NCBI GenBank assembly: GCA_051531975.1
Contig: JAOPTT010000005.1
Coordinates: 96,001-160,000, forward strand
Direction of reading: 5' to 3'
DNA length: 64,000 nucleotides
Source of the DNA: Spirochaetaceae bacterium
GTDB taxonomy: Bacteria; Spirochaetota; Spirochaetia; DSM-2461
Under the pieces are notes generated by a model. That model searched no databases, was not told the origin of the DNA, and saw only the letters and a program-made list of their open reading frames with translations. The translations under genes were made by a program, and so were the position numbers. Below are positions 18,163 through 28,520 of this stretch, piece after piece (within the stretch, counting starts at the first letter, position 1; every line of letters starts with the position of its first letter).

Positions 18163-18843
18163 ATGAAGATTTTAGTTGTAGAAGATAATGAGAATATACG
18201 AGAAGCTGTAACATCATTTCTTATCTTAGAAAATTTTATAGTGGATTCTACCCATAATATTTCGATTGCAAAAAAACTATTAAACAATAATCCTGATCTA
18301 ATTATATTGGATATAATGTTACCTGATGGTAATGGGTATCATTTTGCAAAATATATAAGAGAATTGTCCAACGTTCCAATTATTTTTTTAACAGCAAAAG
18401 ATAGTGAATCTGAGCGAATTAAAGGTTTTGAAGTTGGAGCTGATGATTATGTAACAAAACCATTTTCAGTTAAAGAACTAGTACTAAGAGTTAATGCGGT
18501 TTTAAGAAGAGCAGTTCCTAAAAATGATATTGAGCACGAAATTATGCAGTTTAAAAAAAATGGCCAAAGTTTAAGTTTAAATTTAAAATTACATACAATA
18601 TCTTTAACTGGTAAAATATTAAACTTGACCCCAACTGAGTGGTCTCTTTTAAAATATCTAATAGATAACAGAGATATTATCTTGGATAAAGAGCGTATTT
18701 TAGAGAGTTGTCTAGGTTACAGTTCCGATAGTTCGGATAGAGTTATTATTACACATATCAAAAATATAAGAGAGAAACTAGGAGATAAAGAGTGGATAGA
18801 GACCATAAGAGGTTTTGGATATCGATTTTGCGGGGAAGAATAA
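18163..18843 (+). CDS. OmpR-family response regulator
   Basis: VVEDN, LDIMLP and GADDYVTKPFS, plus a winged helix with TIRGFGYRF. Confidence 0.95.
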   Translation: MKILVVEDNENIREAVTSFLILENFIVDSTHNISIAKKLLNNNPDLIILDIMLPDGNGYHFAKYIRELSNVPIIFLTAKDSESERIKGFEVGADDYVTKPFSVKELVLRVNAVLRRAVPKNDIEHEIMQFKKNGQSLSLNLKLHTISLTGKILNLTPTEWSLLKYLIDNRDIILDKERILESCLGYSSDSSDRVIITHIKNIREKLGDKEWIETIRGFGYRFCGEE

Positions 18844-20114
18844 GCTTCTTTCTTCTTATTTTTACTGTCCTATTTAGTATCACTCTGTTAACTTCTATTA
18901 GCCAAATAGTTCTATTTAATTTAAATATAAACAGATCAGTAGAGAACTGGAAAATAGATAGAGTTGATAGGATCAAAGTTGAAGCTAAAAACTATTTATT
19001 AAGTGGAAATATTACTGACTTTAATGAACCTTTAGAAATAATTGATGTTGAGTATAATACTATTTATAGTAACGTTGATATAAATACTCATCCAGGTTGG
19101 AATTTGAGAAAAAGCAGAAAAGGTAATATAGGTTTAATCGAATTATATGATCAGAAACTTCTTATTGGGTACATACGTATTGAAAACATGCAGTTTAAAA
19201 ATAAAACAGAAAACCTTAATTTATTAAATTCTCTAATTACAAATATACTGTATTCAACTATGGGTTCCATTATTTTATCATTTGTCATTTCACTAATTGT
19301 TTCAAGAGCTTTATCAAAGTCTACGATAGATATAAACCGTGCATTAAAGGATATTGAAGCAGGTCAAGAGTTGAATTTCAGAGCACATGGGGCAAAAGAG
19401 ATAAGAGAGATTGGTATAAGCGTAATTAAACTTTCAAAAAAGTTAAATAAAGAGAAAGATTTAAGGAATCAGTGGTTACATGACATCTCCCACGATTTAA
19501 AAACACCACTATCAGCGTTAAAATTGCAATTTGAAGGTATGTTAGATGGTTATTTGTCGTTAGATATAGAGAGAATAAAAAAGAATAATAGAGAGGTAAC
19601 AAGGTTGGAGCATCTTATTATGGGAATCGATGAATTAATGAAAGTAGAATCTCCAGGACTTATTTTAAATAATTCTACTTTTCCAACTAAAGAGTTAATT
19701 TATAGTTTAGATGAACGTTTTAAAGATATAGCTAATGCAAAAAAGCGTAATTTAAATTTTCAAAATAATACAAAAATGTTAACTGCAGACTTTGAACTTA
19801 TGTTTAAAGCTATATCGAATTTAATTGAAAATGCTATAAATTATTCCCATGAAGAAAGTACTATTACAATTGAGTTTTCTGAGATCGAAAATACTAATTA
19901 TAGAGTTAAAATTGAAAATATAGGGAAGACAATTCCGGGGGAAGATATACCATACCTATTTGACCGATTATATCGTGGAGATTTTTCTAGGGAGAGTAGT
20001 GGCACAGGACTTGGCCTATCAATAGTTGATGTTATAATAAAAAAGCATGGTGGTTATACAGAAGTTGAATCTGAAAATGGAATAAATTGCTTTAGTATTA
20101 ATTGGAAATTATAA
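18792..20114 (+). CDS. Sensor histidine kinase (real start possibly TTG near 18828)
   Basis: Two TM helices, HAMP-like linker, SHDLKTP, NLIENAINY and GTGLGL. Confidence 0.92.
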   Translation: MDRDHKRFWISILRGRISFFLLIFTVLFSITLLTSISQIVLFNLNINRSVENWKIDRVDRIKVEAKNYLLSGNITDFNEPLEIIDVEYNTIYSNVDINTHPGWNLRKSRKGNIGLIELYDQKLLIGYIRIENMQFKNKTENLNLLNSLITNILYSTMGSIILSFVISLIVSRALSKSTIDINRALKDIEAGQELNFRAHGAKEIREIGISVIKLSKKLNKEKDLRNQWLHDISHDLKTPLSALKLQFEGMLDGYLSLDIERIKKNNREVTRLEHLIMGIDELMKVESPGLILNNSTFPTKELIYSLDERFKDIANAKKRNLNFQNNTKMLTADFELMFKAISNLIENAINYSHEESTITIEFSEIENTNYRVKIENIGKTIPGEDIPYLFDRLYRGDFSRESSGTGLGLSIVDVIIKKHGGYTEVESENGINCFSINWKL

Positions 20115-20149
20115 CTTTAATGTTTAATAATTAATATAGGGAGAACCAA

Positions 20150-21268
20150 ATGAAATTTTTAAAAATAATAATTCCATCTGCTGTATTATTAATAATTGGT
20201 ATGTTGTTTCTATTTACTTATGAAGCCCCACCTATAAAAGTTGGTTTTATTACAGATCTTTCAGGAAAAAACTCTAATCTAGGACAATCAGTCCGAAATG
20301 GTCTTCTTTTAGCGATTAATGAAATAAATGAAAGTGGTGGTATAAAAGGTCATAAAATTGAACTTTTAGTGCAAGATCACGCTGGTTCAAAGGACAATTG
20401 TTTAACAGGGACTAAGTTTTTAGTAGATTCTGGGGTAAATGTAATAATTGGGCCTATATTAAGTGGAATGGCATCTACAGTAATCGCAGGTGTAGAAGGT
20501 AGTGACGTTTTAATAATAGCTCCCACAGTTAGTTCAAATGAGGTTTCTGGAATTGATGATAACTTTCTAAGAATCTTTGCGACATCTTCTCAGCAGGGTC
20601 AATATTTGGCAGAAATCTCAATGGCTAGAAACGAAAAAAATGTAGTTATTGTTTTAGATGAAAAAAACAGCTCTTATGGGCTAAGTGTTGCTAAGGGGTA
20701 TAATGATACTACAGAAGGAAGTGATACAAAAGTATCAAAAGTTATATCCTTTAATGGGAAATCAGAATATTTAGATATAATCGCAACATTAAAAGAGATA
20801 GAACCGGATTCAATTGTTTTTATTGCAAATGGACTTGATAGTGCCAATATAATACAACTTTACGCAAAAGAGCATACTATTCCTAATCTTTATGGAGCAG
20901 CATGGGTAAGGGTTAGTGGTGTCGAGAGGTTTGGTGGAAGTAGAGTTGAAGGTATGATTATTTCTGATAGTTTTGTTAATCCTGAACCAACAGAGTCAGA
21001 ACTTATCTACATGGAGAATTATAGAAAAATGTTCAACCAGGTTGGTACAACTATAGGTATTTATTCATATGAATCAATGTATTTATATAAAACAGGAGTT
21101 GATGAGTCTAACAGTTTTAAAACAAAAAATATTAAAGACACAATTATTAATTTAGATGTTATACCGGGAGTTATTGAAAATTATAGTGTAGATAAATTTG
21201 GGGATGGAGTTAGAAGTTTATCTCTATATATTATAAAAAATAATGAGTATGAATTATATGAAAAATAA
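20150..21268 (+). CDS. LivJ/LivK-type periplasmic binding protein
   Basis: N-terminal anchor, IKVGF..DLSG, G..LA..EIN..GGI.G..IEL and VIIGP.LS. Confidence 0.85.
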   Translation: MKFLKIIIPSAVLLIIGMLFLFTYEAPPIKVGFITDLSGKNSNLGQSVRNGLLLAINEINESGGIKGHKIELLVQDHAGSKDNCLTGTKFLVDSGVNVIIGPILSGMASTVIAGVEGSDVLIIAPTVSSNEVSGIDDNFLRIFATSSQQGQYLAEISMARNEKNVVIVLDEKNSSYGLSVAKGYNDTTEGSDTKVSKVISFNGKSEYLDIIATLKEIEPDSIVFIANGLDSANIIQLYAKEHTIPNLYGAAWVRVSGVERFGGSRVEGMIISDSFVNPEPTESELIYMENYRKMFNQVGTTIGIYSYESMYLYKTGVDESNSFKTKNIKDTIINLDVIPGVIENYSVDKFGDGVRSLSLYIIKNNEYELYEK

Positions 21269-22385
21269 ATCTAGAGTTATCCTAATTATTGGAATTTTAA
21301 TATCACTAATTTTAGCTTTTCATTTAGTTAAATTCACACGTACTTCAATTCCTATCAAAATTGGATTTGTAGCTGATTTTTCATTAGATAGCAATAATGT
21401 AGGAGTCTCTGGTCGAAATGGTATAATGACAGCTATAGATGAAATAAATACTAAAGGGGGAATAAAGGGTCGGCATCTTGAACTAATAACAGCTGATAAT
21501 AAAAATAATGTTGATAGTTGTGATACCGCAGTTAAAAGTTTAATAGATTCAGGTGTTTCAGTTATAATAGGACCTTTGTTGAGTCAAATGATAAATTCCG
21601 TTGTTGATACAACAAAAAATTCTGATCTTTTAGTTATTAGCCCTGTAGTAAAATCTAATCAGTTAACAGGAATTGATGACCATCTAATTAAAGTTAACTC
21701 TACTGCGAAAGAAGAAGGTTATCTACTTGCCGATGCAATATTTAAAAGGAAAGATAAAAAAGTTGCTCTTTTATGGTCTGCATATAATCGCTTATATACA
21801 TATGGTGTTATTAGTGGGTTAAAAGAGAAACTAATAGAAAATAATATTAATATAGAATTGGAATATCAGATAGAAGATGATCATGATCAGACTAGTATCG
21901 TTGAAAAATTAAAGGAATTAAATTTAGATGCTATCGTTTTTGTTGCAAAAGGGGATATTGTTGCTGGAATAACTCAAAAGTTTTCGATACTAGGAGATAT
22001 TCCCAATCTTTATGCTAGTGAATGGACCAAGATTACTCAAGTTTCTGAATTTGGTGGAAAATCAATAAATGGTATGGTTTTTTCTGATTCAGCCGGAAGA
22101 TATACAGAAAGCTTATCTTCATTAGCTTTTTATAATCATTATACAGAGCACTTTTTTATTGAACCTTCAACACCTTCATATTTATCATATGAATCTATGA
22201 TGATTTTTTATTACGCAGCTTTACAAAACGGTGGTAATATAGATAGAGACTCTTTAAAAAAGACGATTTTATCATCTGAGTATGATATTCTCTCTGATGT
22301 TTTTCATTTTGATAGATATGGTGATGTTATCCGTAATGATAAAATCCTATATATAATAAAAGATAGCGAATATTATATTTATTGA
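21258..22385 (+). CDS. LivJ/LivK-type periplasmic binding protein (tandem paralog)
   Basis: Same motifs (IKIGF, EINTKGGIKG, DSGVSVIIGPLLS, FDRYGD). Likely start is ATG 21258. Confidence 0.85.
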   Translation: MKNKSRVILIIGILISLILAFHLVKFTRTSIPIKIGFVADFSLDSNNVGVSGRNGIMTAIDEINTKGGIKGRHLELITADNKNNVDSCDTAVKSLIDSGVSVIIGPLLSQMINSVVDTTKNSDLLVISPVVKSNQLTGIDDHLIKVNSTAKEEGYLLADAIFKRKDKKVALLWSAYNRLYTYGVISGLKEKLIENNINIELEYQIEDDHDQTSIVEKLKELNLDAIVFVAKGDIVAGITQKFSILGDIPNLYASEWTKITQVSEFGGKSINGMVFSDSAGRYTESLSSLAFYNHYTEHFFIEPSTPSYLSYESMMIFYYAALQNGGNIDRDSLKKTILSSEYDILSDVFHFDRYGDVIRNDKILYIIKDSEYYIY

Positions 22386-22429
22386 TATTAAGGTTTGCTA
22401 CTCTTTAAGATACATATTAATATAGTTAG

Positions 22430-22645
22430 ATGAATAACCCTAATTGTACTAAATGTATACATTATTATATAACTTTAGACGAAAGATTTCCTAAAGGTTG
22501 CAAGGTTTTTGAGATTAAAGGAAAGATTTTACCATGTATCGATGTACTTAGATTTACTGGTTTTAGTTGTCCAGTATTCGAAGAGAGAAATAATACAGCT
22601 CAGAAAAGCTTTAAAAATGATCATAAGTTTGATACATTAGCATAA
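22430..22645 (+). CDS. Small Cys-rich protein of unknown function
   Basis: CxxCxHYYITxDxxFPxGC...C pattern in a 71-aa ORF with a normal intergenic position. Confidence 0.7.
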   Translation: MNNPNCTKCIHYYITLDERFPKGCKVFEIKGKILPCIDVLRFTGFSCPVFEERNNTAQKSFKNDHKFDTLA

Positions 22646-22680
22646 TAGTAAACATAAACAGATAGCAAGAGGAGTCTGCA

Positions 22681-23517
22681 GTGCAGTTTAGGCCCTATGG
22701 GGATACAGGAAGAGTTTTATCCTGTCTCGGAGTAGATATTTCTAGTAATATAAAAAATCAGTATCAGTACGATACAATATTAAATCAGGCTTTTAACCGA
22801 GGTATTAACTATATACAATACGACTACCGAATGTTTAGAAGATTTATAAACTTAAAAGCAGGTTTAGATAAAGCTCATCAGGGTACTCCTGTTGATATTG
22901 GTATTGTTGTTCCTTCTAATATTCTTAAAATTAAGAATGTTTTAAATAAAGCTATAAAACAACTAGATATTACATCCATTGACTTTTTAATAATTCAAGG
23001 AAGAATTTCAGAATCTATTCTTGTTACTAACTTTTTAACACTTTTGAAAAAAGATAATAGAGTTAGGCACGTTATATTTACTGTTGCCGATGCTGATAAA
23101 CAGATCGATAAGTTAGAGAATACTGAGGGATTAGATGGAGTTAATTTTACTGGGGATGCTGTTCTAAACGCACTTAACCGTGATTATTCCTATAATCAGC
23201 ACAAAGGAACAACTGTTCATAATATATTTTCTGGTGATAAATACAAAGCTGAAAACTCAATAATATTTTTAGCAAAGGCACTATCCATTAGTGACATAAA
23301 TATAGTGACTCACAGATTTATTAACTTTAAGGAAGTTGATTTTGTTATCGATTTCATAGAAAAGGAAGAGGCATATAATGATTCAGTCTTAACCGATGAA
23401 CAGATTTTAGAACATGTGCAGGAAGTACATTATTACGATGTTCTTAAGGGTCAAAAGTCTTTATATAAAAAAATTAAGTCATTATTTAGAAAAGAGAGGC
23501 ATCTTCTAAATGTTTAA
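22681..23517 (+). CDS. Degenerate aldo/keto-reductase-like protein
   Basis: AKR-like N-terminus (QFRPYGDTGRVLSCLG, AFNRGINY, QLDITSIDFLII) without the DTAxxY catalytic motif. GTG start after AGGAG. Confidence 0.55.
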   Translation: MQFRPYGDTGRVLSCLGVDISSNIKNQYQYDTILNQAFNRGINYIQYDYRMFRRFINLKAGLDKAHQGTPVDIGIVVPSNILKIKNVLNKAIKQLDITSIDFLIIQGRISESILVTNFLTLLKKDNRVRHVIFTVADADKQIDKLENTEGLDGVNFTGDAVLNALNRDYSYNQHKGTTVHNIFSGDKYKAENSIIFLAKALSISDINIVTHRFINFKEVDFVIDFIEKEEAYNDSVLTDEQILEHVQEVHYYDVLKGQKSLYKKIKSLFRKERHLLNV

Positions 23518-24325
23518 AATAAAAAGTTTATATCTATTTTTATTATCTGCAACTATTTGTTCTCTATTTTTACATGGTCTGTTCTTTTATGTATTAGGAT
23601 TTTCTGTCTTAACTATCATAATAGTAAATAGAGGTATCTTTTACACACTTAGAGCTAATAAATACCTGGTTAATAAAGAACATGAGAGAGGGTATAATCT
23701 CCTGCAAAAGGCATATAAAACTGGTACAATACCATTTGTTGTAGCTAATGGTTACATTTATCTCTCTTTAAAATATGGTTACTTAGCAGAAGCTGGTGAA
23801 GCCATTGAGAAGTTTTTGTCTGGTAAGATACTATATAAGATTAAAGAGAGTCAAAAAAATCAAATATTAACACAAAAAGCACTTTTTTTATGGAAATCAG
23901 ATAAGATTGAAGATGGTATTACAATATTAAATGATCTTTATGAGTCAGGATATAAAACTACTATATTTTATGGTAATTGGGGTTGTCTGTTATTATTAAA
24001 TAATCAAATAGAAAAAGCTGAAAAAGTATGTATAGAAGCATATGATTATGGTGCAGAGGATAAAGTTAATTTAGATAACTTAATAACACTGTATGTTGAG
24101 CTAGAAAAATGGGATGTAGCTGAAAAATATTATAATGAATTAGTTAAGTTAAGTCCTACTTTCCCAGAAGCTTATTACCATGGTGCTATAATAGCTTTAA
24201 ATAATAATAAATTAGAAGAGGCTACAGAGCTTGCTAATAAATGTCTAGAGTTCGAGTTAAACAACCTTTCATCAATCAGTGAAAATGATATTACCGATTT
24301 AATTCAAAAATTAAAAGTTAATTAA
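23510..24325 (+). CDS. Membrane-anchored TPR-repeat protein
   Basis: N-terminal hydrophobic segments and TPR-like helices (PTFPEAYYHGA). Confidence 0.7.
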   Translation: MFKIKSLYLFLLSATICSLFLHGLFFYVLGFSVLTIIIVNRGIFYTLRANKYLVNKEHERGYNLLQKAYKTGTIPFVVANGYIYLSLKYGYLAEAGEAIEKFLSGKILYKIKESQKNQILTQKALFLWKSDKIEDGITILNDLYESGYKTTIFYGNWGCLLLLNNQIEKAEKVCIEAYDYGAEDKVNLDNLITLYVELEKWDVAEKYYNELVKLSPTFPEAYYHGAIIALNNNKLEEATELANKCLEFELNNLSSISENDITDLIQKLKVN

Positions 24326-24370
24326 TATATTTAATTATAATCTGGTAAAGTTCAAAGTTGAGTATTATAA

Positions 24371-25588
24371 TTGTCTAAAAGGGGTATTATATTGCATACT
24401 TTATCTGTATTAACAATAGATGATAATGACTCTATTCGATTCTCAATTGCAAGTTACCTAGAGGATGTAGGGTATGACGTTTTTGAAGCTGAAGATGGTG
24501 AATCAGGAATAGAGATAATTAAAAATAGTTCTCCTGATGTTATTTTAACAGATACACATATGCCTGGTTTAAGTGGAATTGACGTTCTGAAATTTGTCAA
24601 AGAGAATGCTCCAGAAACTCCTGTTATTGTAATCTCTGGAGCAGGTGAAATTGAATTCGTTGTTGAAGCCTTAAGGGCTGGTGCATGGGATTATATTACA
24701 AAACCAATAGAAGATCTTAATTTTTTATCTCACTCAATTGATAAAGTTGTAAAACGAGTTAATCTTATTAAAGAGAACAAAGAGAAGAGTTTAGAGTTAG
24801 AGATTGCTAATAAAGAGTTAATTGATACTGTTAGAGAATTAAAAACGACTCAAACTAAACTTATCGAATCTGAAAAAATGGCTTCGCTAGGTTATATGGT
24901 TAACGGTGTTGCCCATGAGATAAATACCCCATTAGGTGTTTGTATGACATCTATCAGCTATTTAAAAGATGAAACTACAAATATAATTAATCTAAATAAA
25001 TCTAGTCAGATGAAGTTAAGTGACTTTACTAGTTTTACAAAAAACATGAATGAATTAACTGGAATAATTGATAACTCTTTGAATTCAATTTGTAGGCTTG
25101 TTACTAACTTTAAGCAGCTGTCATCTGATCCAGATTCTGAAAACAAGAAAAACTTTAAATTAAATGATGCGATCTCAAGTATGATACTTATAGTTAGTTC
25201 ATCTTTTCCAAATATTGAACTAGAGTTAGACATTAATGGTGATGATATAAATATAGATAGCTATCCTGAAGTTATAAATCGTATATTTACAAAACTGACT
25301 GAAAACAGTTTTCTACATGGTTTCAGCTTAATGGATAAAGGACGAATAGAGGTTAATATTCAAAAGAAAGATGAATCTGTTAATATTGAATTTAAAAACA
25401 GTGGTAGGGAGATAGAAAAAAGTATAATCGATAAAGTTTTTGAGCCCTTTGTTACAGATAATAGACAAGATGGAACAGGGTTAGGTCTTTGTATCGTATA
25501 TAATTTAGTTGAGTTTACACTAAAGGGTGATATCTCATGTAAAAACCTATCTGATGGTGTAAGCTTTTATATCTCTATTCCTCTTTAA
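24371..25588 (+). CDS. Cytoplasmic hybrid REC-histidine kinase (start possibly TTG 24392)
   Basis: REC (IDDN, TDTHMP, GAWDYITKP), EKMASLG..GVAHEINTP and GTGLGL. Confidence 0.92.
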   Translation: MSKRGIILHTLSVLTIDDNDSIRFSIASYLEDVGYDVFEAEDGESGIEIIKNSSPDVILTDTHMPGLSGIDVLKFVKENAPETPVIVISGAGEIEFVVEALRAGAWDYITKPIEDLNFLSHSIDKVVKRVNLIKENKEKSLELEIANKELIDTVRELKTTQTKLIESEKMASLGYMVNGVAHEINTPLGVCMTSISYLKDETTNIINLNKSSQMKLSDFTSFTKNMNELTGIIDNSLNSICRLVTNFKQLSSDPDSENKKNFKLNDAISSMILIVSSSFPNIELELDINGDDINIDSYPEVINRIFTKLTENSFLHGFSLMDKGRIEVNIQKKDESVNIEFKNSGREIEKSIIDKVFEPFVTDNRQDGTGLGLCIVYNLVEFTLKGDISCKNLSDGVSFYISIPL

Positions 25589-28478
25589 AAAAAACTACTC
25601 TATCTTTACCTCTACTCTTAGCTTTATATAAAGCTTTATCAGCATTTTCAATTATACTATTTGCTGTAATAATAGAATCAGGAGTTTGAATACTTACACC
25701 TATACTAACTGAAGGATTTATTTTTGTTCTTTCAATTTGAACATTATGTACACTTCTAATTATATTATTTGTAACAGCTTCTATTCCATTTTTATCAACA
25801 TTATATAAAAAGGCAATAAATTCATCACCACCATATCTAGAAATGAAGTCCGAATCTCTCTTTATTGCATTTGTTAATACATCAGAAATTGATCTAATAA
25901 CAGTATCTCCAATTGCATGACCATATTTATCATTTACTTCTTTAAAATCATCAATATCTATAAATATCACAGCTATGGGAATACTTTGTCTATGTGCTCT
26001 ATTAAATTCCTTTAAATAAGTTTTATCAAAGTAAAACCTATTGTATGTACCAGTTAACGAATCCTTTATAGATAACATTTCAAGACGTTTATTAAGAATT
26101 TTAAGTTCTCTATTTTTTTCTCCTAGAATCATAGAGTACTTTAATCTAATCAGAAGATAGATAACTCCTATTATTAGTACAATATAAATTATGTAAGCTA
26201 TCCAAGTTTTAAACCAAGGTTTATTTATTATTATGCTTATATCAATTGTTTCTAAACTCTCAATACCATTTGAATTTATAGATTTGACAGAAAATTGATA
26301 TTTCCCAGGTTTCAAGGATGTATACTCTGCAAAATTTCTGGTCCCTGAATCAATCCAACTGTTATTTAATCCTTCCAGCTTATATTTATATGTTATTTTT
26401 GTTGGAGACTCGTAATCTATTCCAATAAAACCAAAACTAATATAATTTTCATTGTAGTTTAAAGAAATAGTATCTTTATCTTTAATATCCTTTATTTCAT
26501 GTAATACACTAAATTCTGTTAATAATATTCTTGGAGGGCTTTTATTGGGAAATCTTTTGAAATTACTGATTTTTGTTACACCATTAGCTCCACCAAATAA
26601 CAGATCTCCATTTTTCTCTTTAAAAAAACCACTATTAAAAAATATACTAAAAAGACCATCTTCTTCTGTTAGTGATTTTATTTTACCATTCTTAGGTGTT
26701 AAAACATTTAATCCCGAACGTGTAGATACCCATATGTTTTTATCGTTATCTTCTGAGATTGTTAATACGTTATTACTGCTTAGACCATCTTTAGTTGAAT
26801 AACTTTTAAATGTACCTGTTTTATCATTATATACATTTAGACCACTGCTATAGGTTCCTATCCAAAGATTACCAGAACTATCCTCAAACAGAGTCCTTGT
26901 TATATTTCCACTTAATGACTCACGGTTGCCTGGAATCTTTCTGAATCTTGTGAAGTTTTCTTTATCTTTGTCATATCTACTTAATCCACTATTTGTACTT
27001 AACCATTTTGTACCATCTTTCATTTCAAGAATATGATAAACTATATTATCGGATATTGTTTTATTATCAGTTTCTGAATACTTCATATTCAAAATTGTAT
27101 TATTTTGTAAATCAACAATATTTATACCTTCACCATAAGTTGATATCCAGAATTTACCTTCAGAATCCTCAAGCACATGGGTAATTATATTGTGAGACAG
27201 TTTTAAATCTGGGTATAAATCATCCCAACTTGTATAAGATCTATTTTGCATATCTAAAGTCGCAAGACCAGTATCAGTTGATACCCATATTCGTCCTTGG
27301 CTATCAGTAGTCATGTGGTTTATATTTGATCCAATCATTGGATAACTTTGGGCTACTTTATCAACTTCATTATATAAAAACAGACCAGTACCATAGACCG
27401 CTATCCATAAATTATTATTTGAATCTCTATATATCTCTGAAATCTTACCTTTAGGTAGCCAGCCTTCATTTTTATTACTTGAAGTTATATAGCTATAATT
27501 TCTTTTCCGTGGAGATATTATGTGGGCACCACCACCATTAGTCCCAATCCATAATAGTCCACTTCGATCTTCGAATAAAGAATAAATTACCCCATTAGCC
27601 AGCTCGTCTTTTATTACTCTTTCATCACCATTTTTACTTTTACTCCAAATTCCACCACCCCAAGAACCAGCCCAAATGGTATCATCAGATGTCTTTGCAA
27701 GGCTATAAACATTATTGTCAGGTAAAGTATAATTATTAATAATCCCGGTCGTTATTGAATATTCTACAACACCTCCATCCCACATTCCTATTAGGACACT
27801 ATCTTTACCACTACCAATAATTTTCATTACTAAGTTTGATGGTAATTTTACATCAAGGGTTGTAGATAAAAGAGTTTTTGTATTATAAATATCTATACCA
27901 TCATATCCTCCAACCCACATTCTATTTTCACTATCTAAGTAAAGAGTACGAATTGTATGATGAATAGTTGGTAGTTTAGTTATTTTAGTTAAATCTTTAT
28001 TAATTAGGTTTAAACCATCCATAGTACCAACCCAAATATTATCTTGATTATCTACCTGCACAGCTATAACAATATTGTTACTTAAACTTATTTCTTTGTC
28101 TTTATCAGCACTAAAATTTGTGAATGTTTTTGATTCTATATCAAATATACTTATACCATTATAAGTACCTATTATTAGCCGATGCCTTTTTTTATCGTAA
28201 CTTAGGGTCTGAACTAAATCATTAGGCAGTGTATTTTCATCAAATGGGTCACTGGAATAAACAGTCATGTTAAGGCCGTCAAAACGATGTAACGCACCTT
28301 GACTACCCATCCATATTATTCCATCTTTGTCCTGAACGATTCCTGATATTGAAAGACTTTGAATACCATTTAATCTATCAATATTTAAAATTCTTGGATC
28401 ATTTTCTTGAAAAAAATCCTGACTGTATATAGTTAAACATCTAAGTATATATATTATTATTAAAATTCTTTTTAACAT
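25575..28478 (-). CDS. Beta-propeller/Y_Y_Y sensor diguanylate cyclase
   Basis: Many ED..G.LWIGT repeats, Y_Y_Y domain (YKYKLEG..NSW, YTSLKPGKYQF), PWF-TM, an intact GGDEF motif and an RxxD I-site. Confidence 0.93.
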   Translation of the reverse strand: MLKRILIIIYILRCLTIYSQDFFQENDPRILNIDRLNGIQSLSISGIVQDKDGIIWMGSQGALHRFDGLNMTVYSSDPFDENTLPNDLVQTLSYDKKRHRLIIGTYNGISIFDIESKTFTNFSADKDKEISLSNNIVIAVQVDNQDNIWVGTMDGLNLINKDLTKITKLPTIHHTIRTLYLDSENRMWVGGYDGIDIYNTKTLLSTTLDVKLPSNLVMKIIGSGKDSVLIGMWDGGVVEYSITTGIINNYTLPDNNVYSLAKTSDDTIWAGSWGGGIWSKSKNGDERVIKDELANGVIYSLFEDRSGLLWIGTNGGGAHIISPRKRNYSYITSSNKNEGWLPKGKISEIYRDSNNNLWIAVYGTGLFLYNEVDKVAQSYPMIGSNINHMTTDSQGRIWVSTDTGLATLDMQNRSYTSWDDLYPDLKLSHNIITHVLEDSEGKFWISTYGEGINIVDLQNNTILNMKYSETDNKTISDNIVYHILEMKDGTKWLSTNSGLSRYDKDKENFTRFRKIPGNRESLSGNITRTLFEDSSGNLWIGTYSSGLNVYNDKTGTFKSYSTKDGLSSNNVLTISEDNDKNIWVSTRSGLNVLTPKNGKIKSLTEEDGLFSIFFNSGFFKEKNGDLLFGGANGVTKISNFKRFPNKSPPRILLTEFSVLHEIKDIKDKDTISLNYNENYISFGFIGIDYESPTKITYKYKLEGLNNSWIDSGTRNFAEYTSLKPGKYQFSVKSINSNGIESLETIDISIIINKPWFKTWIAYIIYIVLIIGVIYLLIRLKYSMILGEKNRELKILNKRLEMLSIKDSLTGTYNRFYFDKTYLKEFNRAHRQSIPIAVIFIDIDDFKEVNDKYGHAIGDTVIRSISDVLTNAIKRDSDFISRYGGDEFIAFLYNVDKNGIEAVTNNIIRSVHNVQIERTKINPSVSIGVSIQTPDSIITANSIIENADKALYKAKSRGKDRVVFFKEE

Positions 28479-28520
28479 ACTTAAATATTAGGTTACGAAA
28501 AGAAAAAAATAAAGACAAAT

